Assembly: GCF_009914755.1 (NCBI RefSeq)
Contig: NC_060937.1
Direction: 5' to 3' (one strand)
DNA length: 64,000 nt
DNA from: the human T2T-CHM13v2.0 reference genome, Homo sapiens
Shown: in pieces, positions 39,466-55,603 of the stretch
How positions within the stretch are numbered: the stretch's first letter is position 1
How the letters are laid out: the number at the start of each line of letters is the position of its first letter
Made by a program: the position numbers and the translations under genes
The notes under the pieces: model-generated
The model's database searches: none
The model's input: only the letters and a program-made list of their open reading frames with translations
What the model was told of the DNA's origin: nothing

Positions 39466-39717
39466 GTGTCTATGAGGCAGTGCTTCTTCAGGTGCTGTTC
39501 AAGTCTTACTAAATTTATGTCCATTAGATCTATCCATTTCTGCTTCTGGTTGTGAGTTTATCAATTACTTCTGTAATTCTAATAATTTTATTGTTTATTT
39601 CAGATGTCTGCAATTTGAGAAATATTTTTCTGATAAAATGTTCTTTTTATCATTAGATAATGATCTTCTTTATCCTAAGAATGTTTTTGCCCTAGTTTCT
39701 ATCTTGTTTGATATTAA

Positions 39718-40357
<640 letters not shown>

Positions 40358-40409
40358 AAGAACCTGTTCTATGCCAGTCACATCAAGAAACAAAACAGGC
40401 ATCACCTGA

Positions 40410-40734
<325 letters not shown>

Positions 40735-41944
40735 TAATCACCTTTTTATTTTTTACTTTCAACCATTCTGTGTCCTTCTGTTTTAGGTGTATCTTTTATA
40801 AACAGTATTAAATTGAAACTTTTTTTTTCTTTAAATGTAATCTTGGTCTTTTAGCAGGGATATTTAATCTGTTCACATTTGTTGTGATTGCTAATGTAAT
40901 CAAATTTGGTTTTACTACCATATGTTACTAATTTTATATACTATGCTGTTTACTTACTGTATTTCCCCTTTTCCTGCTTTTCATTGTACTTAGTTCTCTT
41001 TATTTTTTTTAAGTTTTATTTATTTTATTATAGTTTTCTTATTTATTCTACTTTGCTTATTTCTTCCTATTGATTTAGAAATTATACATTCTATTTTTTC
41101 TTTTGGTGATTACATTTAAAATTTAATATGCATATTTTATTTGAGTCTAAAGTTAATGGATATTTCTCTGCTCTCCTTCTGATCAAAATGCCTCGGAATA
41201 TTTTGGCTCTGATATTCACTCCCAGTCTTTCGTATTCCCTGTGTAGCATGTTATCAGAGTCTAGTACTTAACTTTTTGGTTCATTTTTTTTTCAGTACTT
41301 TGTTTTAAATGAGACAACATTATAATTGATATTGCTGGCTCATTTAGATTTACTTACATGTTTACTCTCTGCTCACCATCGCTCCTTTGGATCCCACTCT
41401 TTTCTTTTGGATTGAGTCTTTTTATCCTGAAATATACCATTGGTCACTTCTCTCAGTAAAGGTCTAACAATAGTAACTTTCTTCAGCCTTTGTATGGAGA
41501 ACGTGTTTATTTTGCCCTTCCTCTTGGATGATTGCTTAGTTGCGTTCAAGGCTAAAAGCTATATTCTCTCAATACTTTGAAAATACTATTCCATTAATTT
41601 TTGGTTGATTTTGCTGCTTAGTAACATTCTGCTGTGAAGAAAAATTGTTCTTTTTTCATGGGTAATCTGTCTTTTCTCTCTATGTGTTCTATAGTTTCAC
41701 TATTATGTGTTAGGTGTTGATTTGTGATTGTTTATCTGGCTCCTGACTGTGCTGTTCAATCTGAGAATGTAAATGCTTCTTTCCATTCTGAAAACATCTC
41801 AGTCATAAGTCCTCATTCTTTCTATTCTCTCATTAGCATTTGTTGTAAGGTCTCATGTTCCCTCGTTTCTTAACATCTTCCATCTCCTACTTCTCTGTGC
41901 CATGTCCTGTATGATTTCCCCGCATCCATTCTGTAGTTCCCTAA

Positions 41945-42252
<308 letters not shown>

Positions 42253-42351
42253 CTAATTCTTTTATTGGCCATATGTAATCTAATTTACTTACTATTTCAG
42301 TGACTCTGTTTTTTTCCTTCTAAATCTGCTGTTTGGTTCTCTTTCAAATTA

Positions 42352-42542
42352 ATTTTTCTTTTTTTATTTTCTTTTTTTAAATATATATATATATTTTTAT
42401 TACACTTTAAGTTCTAGGGTACATGTGCACAACGTGCAGGTTTGTAACATATGTATGCATATGCCATGTTGGTGTGCTGCACCCATTAACTCGTCATTTA
42501 CATTAGTTATATCTCCTAATGCTGTCCCTCCCCCCTCCCCCT
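42352..42542 (-). mobile_element. 5'-truncated primate L1PA 3' end
   Basis: ACTTTAAGTTCTAGGGTACATGTGCACAACGTGCAGGTTTG...CCCATTAACTCGTCATTTACATTAG. Confidence 0.93.
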
Positions 42543-43414
42543 CTAATTTTTATTTTCAATCGTGTCCTATTCTTTCAATGGTTACTGTTCTTGTGTCACT
42601 TTAATAGCTCTAAACACATATATCAGATTCTTTTTTAGGTTGTCACTTGTTTCCAGTTCCCAGGTACCCATTGGCCCGCATGTTGTACTTGCTGACCCTT
42701 GGCGTGGTAGGTTAGTTCCTGGCCTGGTTGGAATTTTTTATTGTGAGCTCATCTTCAGCAGGGGTTATTTTTGCCTCTGGGAGTCCAGGGGCCCTGGATT
42801 GTGGAGATGTTTCTGGAGCACTGCTTTACCTTTTTCTTCTGCAAACCAAGGCTCAGTTATTTTAGGGTCTTGAACAAGTTTTAATTTTTAATTTCTCTAT
42901 TTGTGATTTCCAACCCATCTGGGTGGTATCAACTTAATCCCTGCATTTGCTCTTAGCACAGGCTCCTGATTCAGATGATTCATACAAAAGCTTTTAGTTA
43001 CTTTTCAGAGCTCAAGCCAGACCTCAGGCCTCCTTCCTGTTTCTTTGGTGAGCATGGTTCTTCCAGTTCCCTTTTCATGGACTGGCTAGCTTCTTAAGGG
43101 GTCTGGTTTGGTCCAGTTTCCCCCTCATCTTGCACAGTCCTGGCTGGTGTCTTCTTTCCCCAGGGGTGTTGACACTCTGACCCCTACTTATTGTTTCAAG
43201 GGCTGACAGCCCTCGGTGGATACATCAGCTTGGAGGTTTCCTCCCAGCCCTGGAGATTTGCTTTGTTTCTGGCACTTGGGAATCTCTCTTTCCTCTTTCT
43301 ATCAAGCTGAGCTACGCATGAAACCTTTTTTTTTTTTAAGTTGCTTTAGATTTTCCAATAGCTGTGTGTAATTTCAGCAGGAGTGGGTCCGCATCAACTC
43401 AGCCTGCCACAAAC

Positions 43415-43500
43415 CTTATTCATCTTTGTACTCTCCAACCCAGAACAGTCACTGGTTCATACCAGATGCTGGATGAATGAATGAGTGAATGAATGAATGC
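43415..43500 (+). mobile_element. L2 3' terminus
   Basis: CTTATTCATCTTTGTA...(TGAA)n. Confidence 0.6.
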
Positions 43501-46210
43501 ATTTTTCACTTCCAGTAGCAGATAGAAGCAGTATTCCAGTGAGCCATGCCTCCTACCTCTCCAGGAGCACTGAATCAGGCAGAATTCACTTTTCTTTGAG
43601 GTTATACGTAGAGAGTTCCCAGTGAAAAAATGAAAAGAGAATAGGGCTTCTTCTATGCTTTTGTTTTAAGTCCCAGAACAATAGGACTGTTTAACTGCTT
43701 TGCACTGCTTGATATATGAAGGTGGACTGACGACTGAGTTCCCATGCCGCTTGCTGGTGGCTTCACACAGCATCATTACCAAGAGGACAGGACACTAGGA
43801 CTGTTTACTTCCCCCTTTCTCCCCTGTTTTAAGAAAAGTGTGCCTTTGATGAGATATAGCCGCAGGCTCTTGTTTTACATTGTACGTCAACTGCTGTTGT
43901 CAGAGGCTGGTTATTGATGCCATGCCCTGTTTTAATTCACACTTCTCTGCTAATCAATTACAGCGTTTATCCATTAATCAGGCATTCTGACAGGGTCAAT
44001 AACTGCTTTTTGGCTCTTGTGCAGGGCTGCACGTTATCAAGCCAGGAATAAGGCCCAGGAGCTGGCTTTAAAACACCGTGTGACTTTCCCAGGCTGGTGG
44101 ACTTCCGGAGCAATAAACATCTAGTGGGGATTTCATATGGTGGGTTTTTCATATATTTGGTAGATGGGATTTTCTCACTGAACACTTCATTAACAGGGCT
44201 CAACGTTAGTGAAGTGTGGACAGGTGTGCTCTGTTTAAGAAAAACAGAAACATCAAAAGGTAATTATTGCCATCACATACCAATGACTGCATTTACCTAA
44301 AAGTAGCATTAAATTATGAGCTTTCTTCTTTTATATTAAATGTTTACAAACAGTATCTTCTTGGCAGTAGGGTTTGAGAGCAACGACTCTTAAAGCCAAA
44401 ATGTTGGAGCTGCTGCTGGATGAAAACCAATCTGAAATTTAGATTAAATAGGGCTGTAATCGTAATGTGAGTCAAGAGGAAAATCCGTAGTTTCTCTCTG
44501 GAAATTTCTTGAGGCCCATCTTTTCCGTGGAGTGTTTTAAACCTTCGTATCCATGTTCCCATCCATGGGCACACGGGCATCTTCAGTGCCCCTTAGTCTC
44601 TCTATAAGAATTTGTTACAGCATATTCAGATGTGGTAAATTGTCACAGAAATGAAAACTTTTCATTTTAGTAAGGATAAGTAAGAAACAGAGGTGACAAG
44701 GTTTAACTGGAGAGTTCCAGTTTGGGTAGGTAAGTTACCATTCATCATGATGGTTACAGGTTTCAGTGATCTTTTTTGTGACAGATGTACCAACATTTAA
44801 TTGTTTTTCATCAAGGGCGGAGAGAAAAGACACTTGTGTAGATTTTTCAATTCTCCTCCGTGTCACTTGGCTGTCCTCACCATTGTCTGAGCTCCTTTCT
44901 CTTATCCTTTTTGCTGCAATGAGTTGTGTCATTCCCTCATGGTCAGCACTTTTGTTGTCTTTGTTTTTTGCTGTACCTCAGAAGTCCATCTTTTCTTTCA
45001 TCTCTTTCCCATTCATGCATGAGGGAACAGTTGTGCCCTGTTGTGGGGATGTTCCGCTGGGTTTCAAACAGTAGGGTTTCTTTTTATTCTCTTCTAAGTA
45101 GTACAATGGGGCTGAATGTCTGTTGCAGAATGCACACACTAATATGCCAGGTTATTTGGTTTCTAAGAAGTCAATAAAAATACTACATTTAGGCTCAGTC
45201 TTTGGCTTGATTTTCCCCTATTTGCCTTTCAAGCCTTCCGTTATGAATCTGTTTGTTTCTGATTGTAAAATATAATCTTGCATATTAAACCGAAGCGTGG
45301 AATCAACAAACACTTTGAGGAAAATGTTCCTGGCGGTGGAGTATTTTCACACCAGGCAGGGTTGGCAGCCGGCACCCTCCCTTGATAAGAGCCTGGAAAC
45401 AGCCCCCAGAGCAATTAATGGCAGCTCCGACTTGGAGAAGATGAAAAAAAAAAAAAGAATGGATCCCAAGTTGGTCTTGGCAAAACTTTCTGGTGTAAGA
45501 AACCAGCTCCTCTCTGCATTTAGAGGGTACAGCTGTGATTGTTTTCGTGCAGACTTCTCACTCAGTTCTTGTTTTGGTGGGGAGTTGAGCACGAGCAGAA
45601 CGCACCGAGTTACACACACAGACGCAAAGGCCATTGCAGCAGCAAAAGGCTAAAGACATAAAAAGTTAGAGATGTCTTAGGACACTTTGTTCTTATATTC
45701 AGGAACAATCTTCAAAATCCTCCTTAATGAGGTCATAAAAGAAAAAAATGGAACAAGTGTTCCTTGTGTACCTCTCTAGGGCGTGTCGTTGGGGTCACTT
45801 GCCACCAGTATCCTATTTAAAAAGGGATTGGGGTAGTTCAATCAAGCATTGCATTAAGAGAGAGACTTTGATTAATTCCTTCTCTTTTCTTTTGTGCTAT
45901 AGATAATTTCAGTCAATTTGTGATACTTTCTTCTTAGCCATTGCTGAGGCTGAAAGTTCTTGATGCGTCCTGCTGAGTATTAGCATTTCTCGGGCCTACT
46001 TGGCTATGGGGAAGAGGCACGCACTGCAGACAGCTCTCTAAGCCTTGACAAGCAGGGCTGGCCTCTACACATGACCGTGATCTGGGATATCGGTTTAGGA
46101 AAGAGCCCGCTCTCAGGTTGCTGGCAGAAAACAAATCTTGATGTAAAAGAAGAGAAGACCGAACAGTAAGATGGTGACTTGCTGTGGTAATACCGTGCGG
46201 TTTTTTTAAG

Positions 46211-46249
46211 GTTCTGGACCTGCTTCTTACTCAGAAGCTCACAGCTTGG
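46211..46249 (+). other. Candidate 39-nt cassette exon (unverified)
   Basis: TTTTTTTAAG| acceptor, TGG|GTAAGT donor, all three frames open. Confidence 0.25.
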
Positions 46250-47669
46250 GTAAGTTTCAGGAACTGCTCTCAAGGGGAACAAAAGAAAAGGAAAAGTGAG
46301 GGCTAACAATGTGAGCTTTCACTGGGGCTGTTGTGGGAAAGTTGAAGATTGGCCCCAGGATGGTCAGGATCAGGTAGAAAACTGGATTCTATTGTCATTT
46401 GTTTTCTTTTATTGACCAGCTTTCTTGTTTGTGGAGAGGGCAGCAGAGAGATGAAGGGACATTCTAGTACTATGCTGTAGAAACTCAGTGGGAAATGTTA
46501 ACTGTTTTGATGTTAGGATATATCTAAAATGCTTAGTTAAACTGAGTCCCATACCTGTTGTATTTTATAAGCTCATTTTGGAAAATGTACGTAATGTTTA
46601 TTTATTGTAAATGCAAGGTCTGTTCGGTATCCGTACATTTCCACGCCGCTGAAAGGGTGGATTTGGTTCTGATGGACTGGAACGGCTCCCGGGGAGGCAT
46701 TGTGGTGTTTGCGTAAATCCCCTTTCCTTTTTGGTTTACTCATTTGATGCAGGAGGGTCGGTTCTTGGGCTGTTGCTTTCTCTCCTGTTAATCCAGCTAC
46801 TGCACATGCGCACGAAGGCAACAGGTTAAAAGTCCTAATTTAAGATAGCTTTGGGTATGGAGAGATAAAATCCCTTTTTCTCCAGTTGAAGCATCTGTTT
46901 TTCAGTTGAGTGTAGATGGGTTGATTTTCATGAATGTATACATCTAATATGTTTATGTAAACACATTAAGGCAAGATTTCAGAATTAATTTCAGAGTATG
47001 TTTTATGATAATTACTGCTATTCTGCCAAAAGTTTAATAGCCAATCATAAGAATTTTCTTAAATTATTATTTTCAAATTAATAAGGTGTTAGACTTCTCA
47101 TTTGTTCTTTCTGGTACTGTTTTGAGATTAAGAACTCAAAGATGAACTCATTCATTCATCAAATATTATTTATTAAACTCTTCCTCCATGCCAGGCTCAT
47201 TGTCATAATTATCATTGTAATTAGTCTGTAACTTATATTTACAATGATTATGTAAATAGCGGAAACACCTAACTATCCTGCTTCTTGGTAATCAGGTTTA
47301 ACTCTCCATGGGGTCGGTGTGTTCTTTCTGAAGCATGTCTTTGAATAGATTACTCGGGCCTTCCCCTAGTTCTTGGAATGCTAACTGAAATTGTGTGATT
47401 GATAGATTTCCCCAGACTTAAAACTGGAGAGATCCATGGGGGCAGAGTGGTTCCATGGAGGCAGAGTGGTGTCATGGAGAGGACACAGGCTGTCGTCATT
47501 TACTTTTCCTGCCCTGAAAAGGGAAGAGCCAGCAGCTCAGGGGTCGGTGTGAGACTTAAACTCTGAATAATGTAAAGCGGCTGGCACAGGCCTGGCCCTC
47601 AGTGCGTCCCCCCATGAGCGCCCCTCCCCCGCCCCTTATCCCTAAGGCAGTAGTGTCTGTAGGGCCTCA

Positions 47670-48081
<412 letters not shown>

Positions 48082-48704
48082 CTTTGTTTCTGTGCACAAT
48101 ACCTCAAAGACTTGTTAGGCCTGGGGAATAGACCTGCCTCATTTGCTTGTTTGAAGCCTAATTGCAGGTATTTCTAATACTTCCTACAGTGGATTTCTCT
48201 CGTCTTCCAAATGTTGCTTTTCCACAGAATTGGCGTGGTAATTGCTGAGAAGAAAGAACTTCCTTAACTGAATCAAGCCTGCCTCCACCTCTTTTCTAGG
48301 ATTGCAGGTTCCTTTTCAGATAAAGGTCTCAAAAGGGCAGGCAGGGCAGAAGGTCTTCTCGTAAAATCCGAGGATTGTGGTCCTCTGGGTGCTTCATCTG
48401 CTGCAACCAAGTAGAAAAAAAGGAATAAACACAAACACATTTCACTCTGCCTCCAACAAACCTCCTTCAGGTCAGATCTAGTATCCAAGAAGTAACAAAA
48501 ATAGTCCATCTAGCAAATGAGCCATTTTCTTTGAGAGACAGGCAAGCAAGACACCTGGGTTTGTCTAGATATAATTAGTTATTTCTCCCGTGGCCAGTAT
48601 GGGAGTAAACACTATGCAGTAAACACCAGCTGAAGAACATTGTCCTGTCTATCTCAGGACAGGGAATGATAGATACCTTTTGGTCTCTACTTAAAGACAG
48701 TATT

Positions 48705-49006
<302 letters not shown>

Positions 49007-49157
49007 TTAGTATTAATATTACAGATCCCATTATATTTCTTTTCATGAGTTTTGTGAGGGTATTCCCCAAAGCTCTGTGTTTTGGTGGGGGGGATTACAG
49101 GTGTGAGCCACCATACTGGCCCCCTCCCCCAATAAATATAAACTGGGTACTTATTAA

Positions 49158-49473
<316 letters not shown>

Positions 49474-49475
49474 AC

Positions 49476-49830
<355 letters not shown>

Positions 49831-50724
49831 TAAAGACAGCAATTTTCGACATATTCAAGACAGTTGTTCCTTCTGCTTTGGAATGCTGAGAGCTTCTTTC
49901 CTCATAATTGTGTTCTAGAAGTTCTGCAGGGCCTTGCTATGGGAACCAGAGAAAGCAGAATGGCCAGGGCCATCCAATTGTCTCCTTCCCAGAGATCAGG
50001 ATGAAGGGCTGTGTTAAAAGATCTCTCTCATCTTCAGCTGGAAACAAATAGTACTGAAAAGAATGATCTGGACTGTTTCTCTTGTCTTTTAAAAGTGTGA
50101 GGCCTAAAGAGGGGAGAGAGTATCTTTGTGCTGTGTTATGCCTGACACATTGTCGGTGACCAACAGATGTACTTGGCCATTTATATGGGGATAACATACA
50201 TGTGATCTTAGCCAAAAGGCCCTCCAAACCTTCCTTCAGCAGCCCTTTAGATTGGGCTCCTTTGTCAGTCATCTGCTTGAGTATCAGCTATGCTGAAGGA
50301 AAAGACATAGGGAATGGTGGTTGGAGGTGGTGGCAGCCAGAGATAAATGTATCTCTGAGGCATGGTTTCATCTGGTCAGTAAGATGTGTGCCTTTGGATC
50401 TGCTTCGGGCTAAATATCTTAGGGGTTTGGTGGGCTTTAGAAGTGTGTGTAAATGGGAGGCGGGAAAGTGAGGCCGGAGACTCATCATCACTGCTCTCCA
50501 CCCTCCAGAGGGGACTGCGGAAAGCGCAGCCAGCCATCGGCCTGTTGACAAGGCACTGGCAGTCACTGAAAAATTCTTTTCCTTTCTCTGTCAATTAGCA
50601 AATGATGGTCTTCTACTGATAAAGTTTAGGAATAAAGGAGAAAGAGGAAGATGGAATCCTGGACCACTTTCAGCCTGCACTTGAGTATTCCTTATGTGTT
50701 CTCCTGACTCCCTGGTGCCACTAC

Positions 50725-50993
50725 CCCCTGCCACCGTCGGCCCTGTGGCAGTGGGGCCCTTCCCCCCGCCAGCCTCGGCACCGCTTCAGTGTGGCTGGTG
50801 CCTCCACCACCATTGGTACTGTGTCAGCATTGCTGGTGCACCTGCCACCGTCGGTCCCTCATCAGCATTGCCCATGCCCCCACCACCGTCAGTCCCTCAT
50901 CAGCATTGCCGGTGCCCCCCTACCACCGTTGGTCCCACATCAGCGTGGCCGGTGCCTCCACCACCGTTGGCCCCACGTCAGCGTGGCCAGTGC
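50725..50993. repeat. GC-rich minisatellite, ~38-bp unit x7
   Basis: CCACCGTYGG-like anchors at 50731, 50769, 50807, 50845, 50883, 50923, 50961. Confidence 0.92.
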
Positions 50994-51708
50994 TGCGACC
51001 CAGTTGCTGGCTGGAGGATGGCTGGCCACTGTTGGAGCTGCTGATCTTTCCAAGGCCTTGTCACAGTGGCCATAGATCTCAAGGTGCACCCAGGACACTC
51101 AGGAAACCAGCCTCTTGGTTAGGCAGCTGAGGCCTCACTTTTCTGCATCCATGTACTCCTTTGGTATCTGGATCTTCCTTTTAAACTTTGACTAACACGT
51201 GTGGCAGAACCAATCACCACCACAGCCTGCAAGTGCACTGAGGACCTGTCAGGCCCAGGGGAGGTGCAGCACGCTCATGGGGGCAGCCCAGCACTGCCCA
51301 GGTGGCTGGAGCGAGTCACGGGGAGAGCAGAAAGCTTTGGGCGTCCTGGCTGACTGGCCTCTTAGTGAGAATACAGAACAGCTCCTGGCAGCACTTTCCC
51401 TTCCAGCTTTCCTCAAGACAGGCCATGCCAGGCGAAGAGGAAGGGCAAGGTGGCTCCCTCCGGGTATGGAGATGGGGTGAGCCTGGGGACAGTGGAGCCT
51501 CTGAGCAGAGGACTCCAGAGGCTCAGGGAGCAGCAGAGCCGCCCAAGATGATAGACAGGAGCTGAAGGCCAGAGGGGACCACGCCTGGAGTCTTGGCGGG
51601 AGGAGCATGGACACAGGACCAGGGAGGGAGCCCCAGAGGCAGTGCCGACCATCCTGCTAAACACACGGAACGGCCTCCCCATTCTTTCCCCTAAAGAGTA
51701 GGGGCTTG

Positions 51709-52014
51709 GGCCAGGCACGGTGGCTCACGCCTGTAATCCTAGCACTTTGGGAGGCCGAGGCAGGTGGATCACCTGAGGTCAGGAGTTTGAGACCAGCCTG
51801 GACAACATGGTGAAACCCCTTCTCTACTAAAAATACAAAAATTAGCTGGGCGTGGTGGCAGATGCCTGTAGTCCCAGCAACTCAGGAGGCTGAGGCAGGA
51901 GAATCACTTGAGCCCCGGGGGCTGAGGTTGCTGTGAGCCGAGATCGTGCCACTGCGCTCCAGCCTGGGTGACAGAGTGAGACTCTGTTTCAAAAAAAAAA
52001 AAAAAAAAAAAAAA
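51709..52014 (+). mobile_element. Alu (AluSx-like)
   Basis: Full dimer; TSD ending GGGGCTTG. Confidence 0.95.
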
Positions 52015-52258
52015 GGCGGGGGCTTGGAGAGGAGAGGAGGGGTCCTGGTTTTGTTGTACTTTGTTAATATAGACCAGATTTCGGCAGATTGCACTGTATA
52101 AAGAAAAATAAACATGGACAGAAAAGTTGTATGGTCAAAATTGAAGTAGCAAAGCCTTCTTTAAAAGTTGAAATTACTTTTGTTTCTTTACTAAAGCACA
52201 AAGTCTAGTTGCAGAATATATGTCTATCTTAGCCTGCTTTAAGAAAAAAAAAAAAAAG

Positions 52259-52392
52259 CGGCTGAGCCCAGGGGCTCATACCTGTAATCCCAGCACTTTG
52301 GGAGGCCATGGTGGGAGGATTACTTGAGGCCAGGAGTTTGAGATCAGCCTAAGTAACATAGCAAGACTCTGTCTCTACAAAAATAAATAAAA
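52259..52392 (+). mobile_element. Alu left monomer (FLAM-like)
   Basis: Single monomer with A-rich tail. Confidence 0.9.
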
Positions 52393-53077
52393 GACTGCAG
52401 CTGCTTATATTAAAAAAAAAAAAAGGCCAAAGAATGCCTCAAAGCATTGAAATAAAACTTACTGATGGTTTCACCAGCAGAACAGAGACATTGGCCACTG
52501 TTTAAGCTGTGCTAGATGATAAAGAAGGCCATACATTAGTTTCAAAGTCAGAGTAGACAGAGGCGGAGGGTAGATAGGTGTTAGCAGGATGGCTCTCACG
52601 GACGTGCTGGGGCCACATGGACAGTGGACCCCTGGATGGGGAGGGAGGAAGGAAGGGCCTCGGACATCTCCTGATGTGAAGAATCCTGTGTTCTCAATTT
52701 TAACCTCTTTGTTTCTAGCCAAGAAGTAAACTGAATAACATACTCCACACCAGAATGGTTTCACTTAGCTTTCGTATCTCAGGAACTGGGCTTCAGTTCT
52801 GCAGTGAGAACTGTCCTTTAATTGCTTCTCCCCTGGAGGCTGATGTGGTGACATACTTTGGAGCACAGGGCATACAGGCATCCCTGCACGAACGGTACCA
52901 GGGGCTTGGGATGGCTGCAGCACATTCTGCTGGGGCTTTGTTTTCCTTGGGGCTATGTTTGTTTTTTCTTTTTCCCTTCTTTCTTACTGTTTCTTTTTTC
53001 TGGATGCATTATGTTCTTTAAAGACTAGTGATTTTCCACACCAAATTATTTTAGAAATTTCAGCATTATATGGCAGT

Positions 53078-53386
53078 TTTTTTTTTTTTTTTTTTTTTGA
53101 GACAGGGTCTTACCTTGTCACCTTGTCACCTATACTGGAGTGCAGTGGCACAAACACGATTCACTGCAGCCTCAACCTCCCCGGGCCCAAGCCATCAGTC
53201 TTCCACCTCAGCGTCCCCCACCAACAAGTAGCTGGGACCACAGGCACATCCCACCACACCCGGCTAAGTTTTGTATATTTCGTAGAGATGGGGTCTCAGC
53301 ATGATGCCCAGGCTGGTCTCAAACTCCTAGGCTCAGGCAATCCTCCCTCCTTAGCCACTTACAGGTGTGAGCCACTGTGCCTGGCC
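53078..53386 (-). mobile_element. Alu (AluJ)
   Basis: Diverged dimer. Confidence 0.92.
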
Positions 53387-55603
53387 TATTTTAAAGGTGT
53401 TTTTTCTTTCTTTGGTTTCGGAGAGAAATCAGTTTCCTGTGTATCTTAAGCTGTGTGGATAGGGGGATTGTGATAATGGGTCATTATTTTATAATTTTGC
53501 TATTTTAAATGAGTTTTAAAACCTGTAGCCAGTTTCTGATCTCAGGGAACATACCTATTAACTCAAGGTGTTACAAATATCTTGACAGCTTAAAAATTGA
53601 GTTAAGATATGAAAATAAGATATGAAAATATGAAAATACTGTGCTGTAATACAAGAGGCATTCATTACCTTTTCCCTGCCCATCAGTCTCGACAGGATAA
53701 CTTTACACTTGACCCAAAGATATTTAAAAATACATCCGCTTTCTTTGAAACTTCTGTGTCAGTGTTTTTCATTTGAATGATTAACAGAAGCACATTGGTT
53801 TGTAGGTAAATAGTAAATAGGTAATTCTACTTGTTTTTCTAATTTTTAAAATGCTTTACAAATAATTATTAATGATACTGTATGATTAAGGAAAGGGAAT
53901 TTGTATGAAGCTAATTTGAAGGTAATTGGCTTTTGCATTTATTTATTCATGTATATATTTAATTCGCATCTGTTATGTGTCAAGTATAGTGCAGGAGTCA
54001 GCAGAAAAAGTACTTCCTAAAATCATGGCTCTTGAAATCAGTTATTTGTCTTTGTTTTTCCTCCTCAAAGATTACTCCCTGTTCAGTCTTGTTAATGTGA
54101 TCAGAGATTTATATTAACTTTTAAGATCTCATAATCCCAATAATGTAAGATATAGTAGAGATGAGTAGAGAACAGAACTTAAAAAAAAAAACAAACTGTA
54201 ATTACTAGGAAATTGACTCTACCAGGGAAATTAACAGACTTGTCCAAAATTGTCCCTGTAGACAGAGAGGGCTGGTAAGGCTGGAATGAACCCGTCGTAA
54301 TTTGAATGCTTAAAACTTTTTCCATTTTATTGTCAAAATTATTGCCTGAACTTCCTTTTTCTCCTCATTTGCCTATTTCCCTTGCTTTTTATCTTGTGCA
54401 CCACCAGTATACAACATAGTGGTGTTTAACTACTTCCTGAAGGCATTATTAGTCATCAGGAACACCAGGTCATTATCGAAGTAGATAAATGGGCATTCCG
54501 CCCATCGACTACCCCTTGGACTAATTTGGAAAATATGGTTCCTTCCCTCAGAAGAAACAGCCCATGCTCCTCTGGACACTTATAAAATAGCCATGCGCAC
54601 GTCTCTGTTCCTTCTGAACAACTGGAATTAATGTGTCCTGCTTGATGCTAAACTGGAGTTTAATTCACAATGGCAAGGACGCTTCACCTAGAATATCTGT
54701 CCATGTGAAAGGTGGGGAGCAGTGCAGCTTCCATCTCCCTGTCTGTTTTTTGGTGGGCTTTCAGCTTTTCTGTCCCATGACTGTTAGTGACTGCAGCGTA
54801 ACCCCAAATCTTTCACCAGATGTTGTCTCACCATCTTAAGGAAAGAAGAAAGTTCTAATGGATGTTTTGAATGTGCTCGACTTTTATTTTGTTCAGACCC
54901 AAACTGAATGAGGCAGAGGTTAAAATCTTTTCTTGTTCCATCTGAGTAAGCACGAAAACCTATGATCCTTAATCTTTTAGAAGAAAAATAACCCTTCTCT
55001 GTTAGTGGGATTTCTGATTCATTTCTTCTGCCCTGCTCCCCTGCTCTGCATTTTTTTAGTCAAATACTGTCTGGACTTTTGTGAGCCAATAACCTCCCTC
55101 CTCACCTCATTCCCCTCTCTTCCCCTCCCCTGTGATCACACAAAGAGCAGAGAGCCCTCAAAAGCCTGGGTTTCTGGGTTTTGTATTTTAAAGAGAGGAT
55201 GAAATACTTGCTGTACTTCAAAACATAAAACCGATCTGTTAAAACTTTCCCAAAAGAAACTGATTGGCATCAGCATAGGGGGAATAAGAAAAGTAAGAGA
55301 AATTGAGATTAAAAAAAAAAAACAAAACGGAGGAGAATGTAACGTTGGCCATTGTAATTCATACCAAACTGACTTTCCTTTAGTGCAAACTAGTAGGCGT
55401 GGCAATGACTTCAAACCTCCCAAGTTAGGGAGCCCTGAAATCTTTCTACTTACTGATATCTCTGAATAATAACCAGGGCCCATACACGGGGCTGGGATTT
55501 GATAGTCGAGGCCTTCAGTCCTAACCATTTTGCCCTGTAACTTAGATCAGGACCTATACATTTATTTGTCCATGGCTACACCCATAGACATATATTCTAA
55601 CGC

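Noticed and set aside
45297-45653. 118-aa ORF with KKKKR stretch
   Set aside because: Lysine run comes from a poly-A tract; GTG start; no splice or homology support
50497-50520. CTCF-like CCAGAGGGGGAC
   Set aside because: Only a partial match to the CTCF core; not supportable from sequence alone
50725-50993. CRISPR-like array or Pro/His-rich protein
   Set aside because: Units are contiguous tandem copies with no unique spacers, no cas genes and a primate context; ORFs follow from GC-rich repeat composition
53605-53640. AAGATATGAAAAT tandem micro-duplication
   Set aside because: Ordinary slippage repeat in AT-rich DNA
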